DNA of 63,442 nucleotides, counting the filler, from Welwitschia mirabilis (taxonomy: Eukaryota), in NCBI GenBank assembly GCA_051453625.1. It is 7 parts of one record of this genome, joined end to end, with 100 filler letters (N's around TTAATTAATTAA, not from the genome) between each part and the next. Parts side by side here need not be neighbours in the genome. Positions count along the whole stretch, not along the records: positions 28,904 to 47,028 come from JBOZIK010000001.1; positions 47,129 to 56,818 come from JBOZIK010000001.1; 5 more parts are not named here. One strand, 5' to 3'. A model generated the notes under the pieces. It ran no database searches. It was not told where the DNA came from and saw only the letters and a list, made by a program, of their open reading frames with translations. The first letter of the stretch is position 1; every line of letters starts with the position of its first letter. Positions 40,119-53,087 of this stretch are shown in pieces. Made by a program: the position numbers and the translations under genes.

Positions 40119-43100
40119 TGTCACATTTAGACTTTCAAGGTCCAAGACTCTAAATAACTGCTAATGTTATAGAGCCTCAAGCTAGTTTAATCATTGCATG
40201 TATTTTTCTGATTCCCAGAGATTTAATTATATCGTGAAAATTTTTTGCTATAATTCCTCTAATTTTTGAATAGCCATAATATAACCTTTGTTGAAAATTC
40301 TTAGTGATTTAATTTTCATTCTTTAGTGGTTAAATTATTGTAACTACTGCACTTTTATCTATTTAAATTGAAAAATAGTTTTTATGTGGTTTTTGAAAAT
40401 TGCTTGTTATGTGACTCATGTAAAATTTGTCATTGTAATAATTGCATGATGAGCATTTTGATATATTATTATGATATTAATGTACTCATTGGCCTAACAA
40501 GGAAATGAATAAGGGTTATGGAATCCCTACCACTTCCACCACCTTTACCACTCTCTTGTATGACGATGCCTCCTCATGTTCTCATGTCCTTTCACATTTC
40601 ACATCCTCTACTATGAATAGGACCTTCTTCTCCTCTCATTTTGTACCTTAAGAAATCCCATGCTATTGAATCTTGGAGCTTGGAAAAGCCTTAAAACCTT
40701 GAAGCCTTGGAATCTTTAGGAGTTTTTGAGCCTTTATTTTAAGTTGGGTATGATTCTTGGTTTTTATTTATTCTCTACATGGTCCTTATCTCTTGCATCT
40801 TAATTAGTCTTTATTTTGAATGATTTCAATCTTTATTTAATTTTTGTATGGTTTTTTCTTACATATCATTGAAGTTTTCTTGTTTGGTTCATATTACATA
40901 CATCTCATATTAGTGTTATTTTACATTGCAACCTTTACCTATCTTGTTTAAGCCTTGTGATAAGTTGTGTTGTGGATTTTGACTTGTTTGGATATCAACC
41001 TTGGCTTGGATATCTATAAATAAGAGAATTGAAACTAGCCAAGGTAACCACTTGTTTAAACTTTATGGAGTGATACTCTTTGAAGGGATTCCCAAGGCCA
41101 TAGAACAATACTTCTAGGATGAATAGGGAAAATGTGACTCATTTACCATTTGTCCCTCCTCGATTGTGTGCAACTAGATTACTAAAATCTACTATGGAGT
41201 AATAGTAAAAGAAGATAAATTTAAAATGAAGCCTAGGTTCTATCTTGATTCTTCTTGTTATTCCTTCTTCATTTTGGAACCCTATACCATTCCATACCTT
41301 GTCATGGACCATACTGGGAACTATGAGGACTATAGTTCTCATGTTAGGCTTGCTTATGTAGGAAATGTCTCAAGGAATGAGGCAGAGAGGAGTTACTGCT
41401 AGGTGCCGCCTATGTGATTTCACATTTCTAGAAGTTCTATGTATTTTGAACTTTTTGGTAATGTCTTTGTAATTCTTGAGGAATAAATATTGAACTTGTA
41501 TAAACAAATTTTCCCTTTTTTGTAAGCTATTAGAGAAATATACCTATTTTGATTGTGAACTAAGAATTTTTTTATAGATACTTTAATTTATAAGGAATCT
41601 TCTTTAAAGAGTATTAATTTTTTTCTATTATTAAATTTGTTGAATGATAGTTTCTTTTACTATCTGAGCATAGAAATACCATGAATGTCTAAGAGGATTT
41701 TGTGAGCACATAAATAATTTGGGGGTCTATATTCTATCAGATAATCAATAATAAGCTAGTTTATTAAGAACTTAATTATACTTATGAGGATATAATTCCA
41801 AGCAGACACTTGATTTTATAATGCATGATAGGAAATCCATATGTTAAGGAAACAGCATAGGACAACGGGGAGACCCATGTTTGGGGCAGTTGGAATTTTG
41901 TTAAATATCTTTAACCTTATTAGTAAGGTATATTTACAGAAACGGTAGGTTATGGAATTGAAATTGGAATTTTGTTAAATATCTTTAACCTTATTAGTAA
42001 GGTATATTTATAGAAACGGTAGGTTATGGAATTGAAATACCAACCTTTTGTTTACCATCCGATGTTCTTACCATTACATCAAGGAAACAGTTGTCGCAAA
42101 TGTTAGCAAAAAGTTTTTGTACTCTTTGTAACCAAAGATTTATTTCACCTCATCTACTTTTGTGTATTTAATAGCATATCCTTTTCTATTTAGCATTGAT
42201 AGATTCTATTAAGTTGAGGTTAGCAAATGCTTAATTCACCTTTTTCTAACTACAATCCTTTGAAAGAAATCTTACATGTTTCTCAGCTTTAGAGGCGAGA
42301 ACACTAGAAAAACAATTGTTGATCACCAAAATGCAAGGCCGAGAATATTTTTAGACAGCCTTAGCATACACAAAGAAGAGAAGATTATCTCCACCATACT
42401 GAAGGGGATTGAAAGTAGTGCCATCTATGTACCAATATTTTCATGAAGCGCCTGTGCAGCACGTCTTAGGAGCGTTCTTTCAGCAATTGGCTCTGTAACT
42501 CCAACATTGTTTCCTCATCTGTGCCGCTTAACGCTTCCCAAATCCTTCAATTTATACCTCTGGAATTCATGATTAAGCATTTCCCTACGCCCGTTCAGCC
42601 TGCGTTCCTCCTTTCATTCTCTGCAGTCGTTGAACCGTAGCTTGATAGAGTGATAGCTTGACAACGCCAATGCATCTTAGAACGTTGGGCTTGAGAGGAC
42701 GTTCGAATCAATAGCCAGACACAACGTTGTGAAATTTTAAGCCCTCCTCATTACCATGATCAACCTTAATATTTGTATGAATCGACCCATTTTATTCTTT
42801 TGGAGAGTAACTAGGACTTTCGCAAATTAAACTTTAGTCCTCACCTTGCACATCATCCTCGTTAAACCAAAATTTTCAAATAAGCATTAATGGTATGATA
42901 GGTTATCACATGTGCCTATAGATAGGGAGGTCTTTAGTTTGAATCTCTTTAACGCCTTTTTTCTTTTATTTTTAAAAAATAAAATTTCTCTTCTTGAATC
43001 TGGGGCCAACCTAGAATGTTTATTAGAAATTTCTAAAATTATGTATTTTAGCCTATTTCCATGATAAGGTAAAATTTAGAGAAAAAATCAATATAATGTA

Positions 43101-43343
43101 TACTTTATTCCAACTAATTACTATCCCTTTCTTAGCTAGCCATTTTTCATTTCATAGTCCAAGACATTATCTCATCGTATTCAAACACTTGAGCTAAACA
43201 TGTGCATTATGTTTGTATTCTATTTGAATCCATTATATAATATTCTTGTAGGCTGAGCCCAAATATTAGCTATCATTTCTTATGATCGAATTTTATTTTA
43301 AGCTTCACTTGTTGTTGGATGATATTTTAATATGGTCGTTATG
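40119..43343 (+). repeat. 3' LTR (~3.22 kb), including a ~74-bp tandem duplication at 41890-42037
   Basis: TGTCACATTTAGA...GGTCGTTATG followed by TSD TTAAA. Confidence 0.92.
42276..42446 (+). pseudogene. TIR-domain fragment in the 3' LTR (second half deleted)
   Basis: MFLSFRGENTRKTIVDHQNARPRIFLDSLSIHKEEKIISTILKGIESSAIYVPIFS*. Confidence 0.9.
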
Positions 43344-44029
43344 TTAAATATATATTAAATCACATCCATATTAATCCTAATAATTATAAAGATTACATTG
43401 ATGATAAACCTAGCACCTTAATAATCTTATAAGTTGATTATATTTGGGATAGTTCTAAAGTATTCATAAGTTTAACTATAACCCCAACCCCTAGATGATC
43501 ATGATGCTAATCATATTTATGTAATTTTAAATCCATAAACAAACAAAGAGGGATGATGAATTCAAGTTATTAAAGACTCTATTACCTTATAGCTATAGAT
43601 GATACTCACTAAAAAGAATTACAATTATCTTAAGAATTTAGAACAAGACCCTTACATAATTCATTAAAGAGCTTAACCTTTTGCAAAAGTATAAATACAT
43701 AATATAATACCTTGTAATTAGATACCCTTAGAAATAATCAAATCTCTAACCAAGATAGCCATCCTAAATTATGTACTCGCATAACCTTAAAGTGAAAATC
43801 CATATTCATAACTTATAAACCTTATCTATTAAAAATAAAAAAAAGGGAATAAACTTGAAGTTATAAAAGAGGACCAATCACCTCATAATGATAGCGATCT
43901 TCTTCCTAAGATTATAAAAATATTTTTAAGCTTAAGATTTAATAAGATTTATCCTATTTCCAAAGGTAATCTCATAAAAAAAAATCTTTTTAAGTTTTTT
44001 TTCCATCATAGTCAATTAAACCTTGAGGC

Positions 44030-47028
44030 CATGTTAGTTGCACTAAGTAATCAATATCAACAGAATTCACAAGAGAGCCATCAATATAATGATGGAAATA
44101 AACCTTCATTCAACCTTAATCCAGAAGCATTGATGAATACATTCATGTAATTCCTATCATAAATAATAAACCAAGGTTAAAACCCATAAGTAAACAATGA
44201 TATCAATCAACCTAAGGAAGTGGGTGTGGAGAAATTAATTCAAACATGTATTAAGCTAAATCCACCAAAGTTTATAGGAGGTTGAGATCCTTCTAAAGAG
44301 GAAGCATGACTAAGTGATATTGGAAAGGTTATAGGTACCTTAGAATGCGATGAATACGAAAAGGATTCTTTAGCTATTTATATATTACCACGAGAAGCCA
44401 ACCTATGGTGGAAAATAGAAATGATTAAGTTAGAACAGCTAGTACTTTTATGGAGGGAATTAGAGCACCTCTTTAAGAAGAGGTATATCACTAATTTCTA
44501 TATTCACTAAAAGGTTACAGAATTCTACAATTTAAGATAAGCCCCTAACGTGACCATAGCATCTCAAAAATGAAAATTTATAGAGTTATTAAGATATGCA
44601 TCACATATGCATCTAGATGAAGAAGCTAAAGCAAATCTCTTTATTGATAGTCTTCTTTCTTTTATTGCTGCCAAAAGTATCCATGTTTCAACCTAAGGAT
44701 CTAATAGAGGCCATAGGAAAGTAGAACAAAAGTAGCAAAGACAATAAGAAAATAAGAACAAAATTCCTTCATAGAGACATCTCTTTAAGGAAAATTGACC
44801 ACAAATGTCTTATTAAAATAAGCATTAGCACCTCAATAAAAATAATGTTAGTAGTAGTTATAGGAAAAACATAAATTTTAATCAACCTATGTAGGCTTCA
44901 TTTAAAAGAAACTAGAATGTCCTAATTAAGACTATGCAAGTAATCAACCTCAAAGATCCAATTTTTAGAAAATTCCTACTTAGTATTAGTACTAAAATTA
45001 GTATAATAATGGAAATAGATGCTTTTAATATAAGGTAAATCATAAAGAGAAAGAATATTCATTACATAATGGAAACCCTCCTAGATAATATAACTAGAAA
45101 ATCCTCAAAGATTACAAAGCACTTCTCAATTAATAGGATGACTTCGGGCAATAATAGATAATTAAGGGGTGTAATTTCAAGGCTTTGTCATAAAAGGTAA
45201 GGCTTTGATTAATAATAAAGAAGTAATTATTTTATTTGATTAGAAAAAACTCATTTCTTGATATCTCCTAAGATTATTATAAAAGAAAAATTATGTTGTG
45301 CTCCAATTGAGGAACGCATAGAGCTAGCAAATGGGTCCATGCTTAAGATTAATTAGTAGGCCCAAAATTGTACTCTATCCATAAGCATGAAATATTTTCA
45401 GATATAATCAATTATTATCAACTTAGAAAAATATAACATTATTTTGGATATTAATTAATTAATGCAAAATAGAAAAGTTATAAATTGTAAAAAACATAAA
45501 GTAGAAATGATGAATCTGGGTCAAAGAATAATCTTTCAAGATCATTACAAATCAATAAGGGAGAGTAAAATTAATGCAAAGCATATAAAAAAAGAAATTA
45601 ATGGGGTATCACCAGTTTATATGCTATATCTAAAACCAATTAGCTTAAAAGAAGGAGAAAATCTAGTAAAGAATATACCAAGAGTCCAAGATTATCTTAA
45701 TGCATTTACAAGAAAATTACCAAGAATTTCACCACTATGGAAAGTTGAGTTTCTATTGAATTGATCCCAGGAACCTAACCAATTTTTAAGGTATCATATA
45801 TAAGGTCTCCTATAAAAATGAAAGAATTAAAAATTTAGCTTAAAGAACTCTTACAAAAAGTCTTTATTCATCCTCGTGTATCACCATGGGGATTACTTGT
45901 ATTATTTGTAAATAAGAAAGATGGAACACTAAGATTATGCATTGATTATAGGTAGCTAAATAAGGCTACCATCAAGAACAAGTATCTACTACTAAGAATA
46001 AATGACCTTTTTTATTAGCTCAAGGAAGCTAAGATATTCTCAAGGAAGATATTCATAAAACAACATTTAGAACTTGCTATGGGCATTATGAGTTCATTAT
46101 TATGCCTTTTGATTTAACTAATGCCCCTATAGTATTTATAAATCTTATGAATTACATCTTTTAGCCACATCTTAATTTCTTTGTAATATTATTTATTAAT
46201 AATATCCTCATTTATTCCAAGACTTATGAATTGCATGAGAAACACTTGAGAATAGTATTGCAAACTTTATAGAATCACCAATTATATGCTAACATGGAAA
46301 AGTACTCTTTTTGAAAGGAATTCATTCAATTTGTAGCACATGTAACATCCAAGAAAGGTATATTAGTGGATCAAGATAAAGTTAAAGCAATCATAAAATG
46401 GATAATACCTAAAAATATTATTGAGATTGAAAACTTTCTTGGTCTTACTGGTACTATCATCGATTCATCTTCAACTTCTCCGAGATAGCTTCTTCATTAA
46501 CAAGACTTTTAAATAAAAATAAAAACTTCCAATTAATAAAAAAATTTCAAGAGTTATTTGATTATCTTAAAGAATGCTTAACTAGTGCTCTAGTATTACT
46601 AATACTAGGTAATTCCAAGACCTTTTTAGTTTATACTGATGCATTTTAAAAAGGTTTTGAAGTAGTTCTTGAATAAGCTAAAGGAGTAATAGCTTATGGA
46701 TTAAGACAACTTAAAAGTCATAAGAGAAATTATTCCATTCATGATCTTGAATTAGCTATAATAATTTTTGCTTTAAAATTTTGGAAGCATTATCTTTAAG
46801 GTATAAAAATTTAAGTTTAGACAGATCATAAGAGTCTGAAATACATTTTTACCGAATTAAACTTAAACATTAGGCAAAGAAGACAGATGGAATTTCTATG
46901 TGATTTTGATCTAGAAATTTTATACCATAAAGGTAAGGGAAATAAGGTTGAAGATGCTTTTAGTAAACAAGGTTATCTCAAAGTAATCATAGAAGTTCAA
47001 AGTTAAATTTATACCATTATGTTAGAGG
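44030..47028 (+). pseudogene. gag-pol: Older chromovirus gag-pol (probable host of the 32288-43343 insertion), cut by a gap
   Basis: KLNPPKFIGG*DP...EANLWW (gag); [39 protein letters not shown] and FINNILIYS (RT); NYSIHDLELA and [10 protein letters not shown] (RH). Confidence 0.9.
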
Positions 47029-47128
47029 NNNNNNNNNNNNNNNNNNNNNNNNNNNNNNNNNNNNNNNNNNNNTTAATTAATTAANNNNNNNNNNNNNNNN
47101 NNNNNNNNNNNNNNNNNNNNNNNNNNNN

Positions 47129-47230
47129 TTCTATATGCAAGTTTTACTAGATGGGATTGATTGAGAATATTGTGTTGAATTTTTTTTAAAAACCTATTCA
47201 TCCCAACTCTAGGGTTCTTGATCCTATCAT
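47129..47230 (+). mobile_element. 3' end of a copia-type LTR
   Basis: AAAAACCTATTCATCCCAACTCTAGGGTTCTTGATCCTATCA resembles the LTR end at ~24370-24421 and the reverse complement of 1194-1240. Confidence 0.55.
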
Positions 47231-47259
47231 CTAGTGTGAGAGTTAATCTACCTTATGTA

Positions 47260-48116
47260 TGAAATAGTCTCTTCTGGTGAGGCTTACTTGGAAGAAGGAT
47301 ATTTAAAGGACTTCTTAGATTTGATAAAGATATGCATGTAAGATAATGTCCCATGTCCAAAATGGGTGACATTAATTAAAGGGCCTTAAGCTTCAAGTGA
47401 AAGGAGATTCTACAATGATGACAAAAATTTACAATCAACATAGAGTAGGAAAGACACCTAGTTCTGTGATACTCTAACTAAGAAATCATATTATTTAGTA
47501 TAATGATAGGGGCATTAATAGAGTGCCTAATCCCTATTAAGTACATCAAATAAACCCTAGAGTTGAAGACCTTATCTTAATAACCCACTAAAGGTAAGAA
47601 ATTATAGGTAAAAACTAAGTGAAGAAACCTGCACTTTGGGGTAAGCAAGGAAGTAGAAATAATATGCTTTCAATTGTGAAACTTATCATAAATATCCCTT
47701 GTAATCTCTACTTTGTTTTCCATGGAGTTAAAAAGAGGACAAAAGTCCTCATAGTTTCCTTTTATAAGATTAGTAATAGCCACAATGAAATCTGCATTCA
47801 CTTTCATCCTCTTCCACAAAACAAGGGTTTTAAGGGTTCTAGTGTTAGCATTATAAGAAGCATTACAATAACATATTCTTTTAAAAAAAGAATAAGCAAA
47901 ACCTAAAACATTAAGAAAATAAGATAGATCTAGATCTCACAAGAGTTAAATGACATTTTTAAGCTTCCTAAGTTCTAAAGTAGCAATAGATCTTTTCTGA
48001 GAAATTGACTTCTTTTCAAACTTTTTTAAATATTCATCAGACATGTCCTAGTAAAAGAAGTGAGGATCTTTGCTGGTAGCCTCTTTTATCCTTCTCCTAG
48101 AGGGTCTCTCACCCAT
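47260..48116 (-). pseudogene. Sirevirus env-like ORF, degenerate
   Basis: MGERPSRRR...KKFEKKSISQKRSI...CYCNASY..TLKTLV...LLTPKCRFLHLVFTYNFLPLVGY*DKV...YLMYLI...INAPIIILNNM...CLSYSMLI, lying downstream of RNase H as in SIRE-type elements. Confidence 0.7.
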
Positions 48117-48479
48117 TATAGCTACTTGATAGAAGCTTGAAGATAATAAATATCTGAGATAAACACTAGATCTAAAGGATACAAGTGGCTAGAAAATAAT
48201 GAAAAGGGCTTAGGCTTTACTTGCTTTTAAAGAGAAGATCAATTAGATTGATTTTGATAAAGAAATTAGATTCACTAATGAATCTTCCACACTGTAACCC
48301 TACAAATTTGATCAATCGATTTGAGTTTTGGTCAACCCATCAAGATGTGGATTTACACTACCATTAGGGTCTAGGCAATCGAGCTTTTAGGCTGGTTAGT
48401 TGACCATCTATGATTAACTAAATCATAGATCTAGTAAATCATCCTGCAATTAGCTAGAGGATGGTGAGATAATCTCCAA

Positions 48480-51400
48480 TTTATTTTAAAGACAAAGAAA
48501 ATTATCAAACTTTAGGGATTTAATAAAGATATTTGCAAGTTAACAATTTATACTAACAAAATTCATAGAAATGTTTCCTTTTTTAACTTGATCTCATAAA
48601 AAATGATGTTTTAGTTTAATGCGTCTAGTTATTGAGCACTGAACAAGATTTTTAGAAATATTTATTGCATTAGTATTATCATAAAAAATAGAAACCTATT
48701 CAAAACTCACACCAAAGTCCTTTAGCATTTCCTTCATCTAAAAGAGATGAGAATAACAACTCCCTACTATAATATACTCAGCTTTTGTTGTTAAAAGGGA
48801 GATTAAATTTTTCTTTTTACTTGTACATCCCAATAAGAATAATCCTAATAGGAAATAATTACCACTTGTACTCTTTCTATCATTCTTACATCTAGCCCAA
48901 TCTGCATCACTGAATCCTACAAGCTCAAAAGATGTCTCAGTTGGGTATCACAAACCATAATCACATGTGCCTTTACATCTCCATTTATTCTTTTTACTAC
49001 TTATAAGTGTAATTATTTTGGTTGAATTTAGTACCTTGCACATACGTCAATACTAAAAATGATATCTGGACTACTTATAGTTAAATATAATAAACTTCTA
49101 ATCATCCTCCTCTAAAGCTTCTGATCTATTGATTTTTCATATTCATCCAAACTAAGTTTACAAGATGTTGATATTGGAGTATCAGTAGTTTTAGCATTCT
49201 CTAATACAAGATGTTTGATTAAATCTTTTGCATATTTAGATTAGAAGATAAAAATTCCATTGTTTGTTTACTTAATTTGTAATCCAAGAAATATTTTTGC
49301 TTCATCAAGCATGCTCATCTCAAAATGTATTGTCATAATACTTTTTTAAGTTCTTAACAAATAAAGTCTTATCTATTATTTCATGAATATAACCATTATA
49401 ATTTAAGAATGTGGCTAAATTTTCATACCAAGCTCTTAGAACTTGCTTTAACCCATACAAATCTTTCTTAAGTCTATAAACATGATTATATTTATCATGA
49501 TCAATAAAACTTTGTGGTTTCTCTACATACACTTCTACATTGAGAGTTCCATTTAAGAAAACACTCTTTATATGCATTTGATAAAATTTGATATTCTTAA
49601 AGGCTACAAATGATAAAAATGTTCTAATGCTATCAAGTCATGTTATTGGAGCAAATGTGTCAACTACATCAATGCCTTGAATTTGGTTATAGCATTGTGC
49701 TGCTAATATTGCTTTGTTTTTTATGACATTATTTTCTTCATCATAGTTGTTCTTAAAGATCCACCTTATCTTAATGATATTTTTATCTTTTGGCTTTTCT
49801 ACAAGCTTTTAAATATCATTTGTTTTAAATTATTGTCATTCATCTTACATAGGCATTACCCTTATTTATGAGATTTAGCTTCTTGAAATTTGTTAGGTTC
49901 TATTTGAGAAACATAACAAAATTGGGCATAAAAATTCTTCATAAAGCTCCTTGTCTTTATCCTTGAAATAACTCCTTCAATAATAGATCCTAAAGAGTGG
50001 TCTTTTATCTTTTTAAACTTTTTAGCTGTGACTTCTTTTGTAGGAACCTCTTCTTTTTCAGTAGACACTACATTAGTTGTGAGGATGCTAGGAGATATAT
50101 CTTCCTTATCATTTTAACAAATAGGTCTTGTGCCAACATCATTAATTTATATTTATTAATTCTTATATAGTTAAACTTCTCTTGTTGAAAACATAATAAG
50201 CTCTACTTCTAGTTGAATATCCCAAAAATATAGCTTTATTAAATTTAGATTTAAATTTGCTTAAATGTTCTCTATATTTTAGCACATAATATTTGCTTCT
50301 GAAAACTTTAAAATAAGGAACATTTAGTTGTCTTTCTTTTCACAACTTATAAGGAGTTTTATCCATATCAAGTCTAATATAAAATATATTTATAATATAA
50401 CATGTAGTACTAATAGCTTCATCCCAAAAAGATTTTGGAACCTCCTTGTCATTTAATGTAGTTCTTGCCTTTTCTTGGAGGACTCTATTTTTTTTTCTTT
50501 TAGCAATACCATTTTATTGTGATGTTTTAGAGCCAAAAATTGGTGATCAATGCCCTATTTAATGCAATTCTTATTAAATAAATGATTTTCAAATTCATCA
50601 TCATAATCACTTCTTATTTTGTTTATGTTATACCTTTTATCATTTTGAACTTTATTGCATATTTCAACCCAATATTTGTAAGTTTCATATTTGTTTAAAA
50701 GAAATGAAACTCATGTACATCTAGAGAAATCATCAATCATAGTAAGAAAATAGTGTTTACCACCTAAACTTTGAGTTTGACCAGGACCTACCAAGTCCAT
50801 ATAAATGCGTTTTAAAGGTGTAGTGGTGGAAACTTGGTTTTTACTCTTGTTTGGTGTGTTCTTATTTATTTTCCCTTTTGGCACACATCACAAAGACCTT
50901 ATTTTTCAACATTTATTTTTAAAATAACTTCAACAATTTGTTTTTTAATAATAATTTTTAGATGATCATAATTAACTTAACCTAGTTGTTTATGTCAAAT
51001 GTCTTCTTAATTAACATTAGAAAAATAATAAGCAGAAAACAATTAATCTATGCTATAAACATTATCTATTCTATTTGCTTTGAGAATAATATTATTTATT
51101 TTGTTATGCCTAACTTCACATTTAAATGACCTAATAACCTTTATCACAAATTTGACTAATACTGAGTAAATTGTGCTTTAGACCATTAATATATAAAACC
51201 TCATTTATTTTAGGTAAGTTACCTCCACTAATACTTTCGATATCTTTGATTTTTACTCTTACATTATCCTTAAAAGTAATTTCTCCTCCATCAAAGTCAT
51301 TCAACTACTTGAATCTAGATTTATCTCCCATTGTATGTTGTAAGCACCCACTGTCCAAATACCAACTACTACCATTTGAAATCTTAAAAGATTTTTGAAT

Positions 51401-53030
51401 TAAAAGACTTTTTAAATCATTGGCTTTCACCCACTTAGTCCTTTTAGACTGATGTGATACACCTCCTTTTGGAATCAATTTAAATGTAAAGTAACTAACT
51501 AAATTTAAAAATAAGATTAATATTTAGCATTTCAAAATAGCTTTGAATAACCTAACTTACCATAAAAATGACAAGTAACTTTAGAAATAATACCATAAAA
51601 ATGACAAGTAACTTTAGAAATAAACTTATTTTATCAAGTTACCTAATTTTGCTAACTTTGTGGATTTTGGGGGATGAAGTCAATACCTGAGTTATCATAC
51701 ATCAATTTTTGAATTTCAAACATCTGCTTTAATTTATATAAACCACTAGAAAATTTATTAACAAAATGACATAAATATTTTAGCTATAAAATGAGATTGA
51801 AATTTTTAGTTTTGATCTTTTTATAATTCGATTTCATTTCCTCCTCTTCTTTCATAAGAGATTTTATAATCTTTTTCAAATCATTTATGTGCTTCACCAA
51901 CTTTTTACATTTCAACTATAGTTCCTAATAAGTATCTTTGAGTTCATTCTATTCTTCTTTAATTACATCGAAATCATCAAGTTCTGATGTGCTAGGCAAG
52001 TTTTATAATAGAGGCACAATTTCCATAAAAAAAGTCTTCTATCTCCAATTAAATCTTGACCTAAACTACTGTCATCATCCTTATCCACATTATTTCATGT
52101 TGTAACAAATGAAGATGTCTTTAATTTTCTTTATTCTATCTTATTATTTAGATACTCATTTTCCATGTGTCTAAAGCCATTTCATGTATAGCATTAAATC
52201 TCTTTTCCTTTGTATTAATCCTTTCGATACTTTAAGTATCCTCTTCTAGTACCTCTACTTGGCTTACCTTCCTTTTTTCTTCTATGTAAAAATTTCTTAA
52301 ATCTTATTGCTATCGGATTTCTTTGACCTATACTCCTGTGCTCTTCCTACACACACTTTAGATAATACCTTTCTTTTTATCTTTAGTAAATTTTAATTTA
52401 TATGTTTGCAAATTACCTTAAAGTTCTTCTAGAGCCATCCTGTTGGTATCCTTACTTTCTTTGATTATTGTAACTTTTGATTCAAATCTTTTTAGAAGGG
52501 ATCTTAGAACTTCTTAATTATTTTTTCCTCATCCAATCTTTTACCCAATTAGCCATGGAATTCACAATGTTATAAGCCTGGCAAATAATTCCTATAAAGT
52601 TTCCTCCTCATCCATGTGAATGTCTTCAAATTTTAAGATAAGCATTTGAAGTTTGACCTATTTAACAATGAATGTTTCTTCATGAGCAACTTTTAAAATA
52701 TTCCATGCCTTCTTTATATGTTTAAAATTTACAATACACTTGAATTAATTTATACAAACTATACAAAATATAGCATTAAGATTGTGGGCATCTATGATAG
52801 TTCTAGATTTATTGGTGGGAGTTCATTGTTCTCAAGTTTTTGGAACTAAAATGGTATTACTATTGACATCATTTTTTTAATAAAGTAGGCATAGTATATC
52901 CATTGTAAATAAACTCTTCAATTTTAACATTTAAGGATCTAAGGAAGATTCTCATTCAGACTTTTTAATAAGCATAGTTTGATCCATTAAACATAGGTGG
53001 ATAACTAGTGAAAAAACCATTAGATGGGTT
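48480..53030 (-). pseudogene. gag-pol: Copia (Sirevirus-like) gag-PR-INT-RT-RH, degenerate
   Basis: PPMFNGSNYAY (gag); WYLDSGCLQHTMGDK (PR); YMDLVGPGQTQSLGGKHYFLTMIDDFSR (INT); HIKSVFLNGTLNVEVYVEKPQSF..VYRLKKDLYGLKQ (RT); LVGFSDADWARCKNDRKSTSG and TTKAEYI (RH). Confidence 0.95.
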
Positions 53031-53087
53031 ACTTATTTTTGGGTTACAGAGTTAAATTTGTTAGGATCTTAACATGGACTCAATGTA

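Larger units (their letters stand above)
32288..43343 (+). mobile_element. Full-length Ty3/gypsy chromovirus (Tekay-like), ~11.06 kb, TSD TTAAA
   Basis: Paired LTRs, PBS TGATATTAAAGC at 35726-35737, gag-PR-RT-RH-INT-chromodomain order, PPT AAGGGATGGAGAAA before 40119, TTAAA at 32283-32287 and 43344-43348. Confidence 0.93.

Noticed and set aside
47231-47244. Possible PBS after the LTR end at 47230
   Set aside because: Only 8/12 match to TGGTATCAGAGC, and the downstream sequence belongs to the minus-strand env-like ORF rather than a gag.
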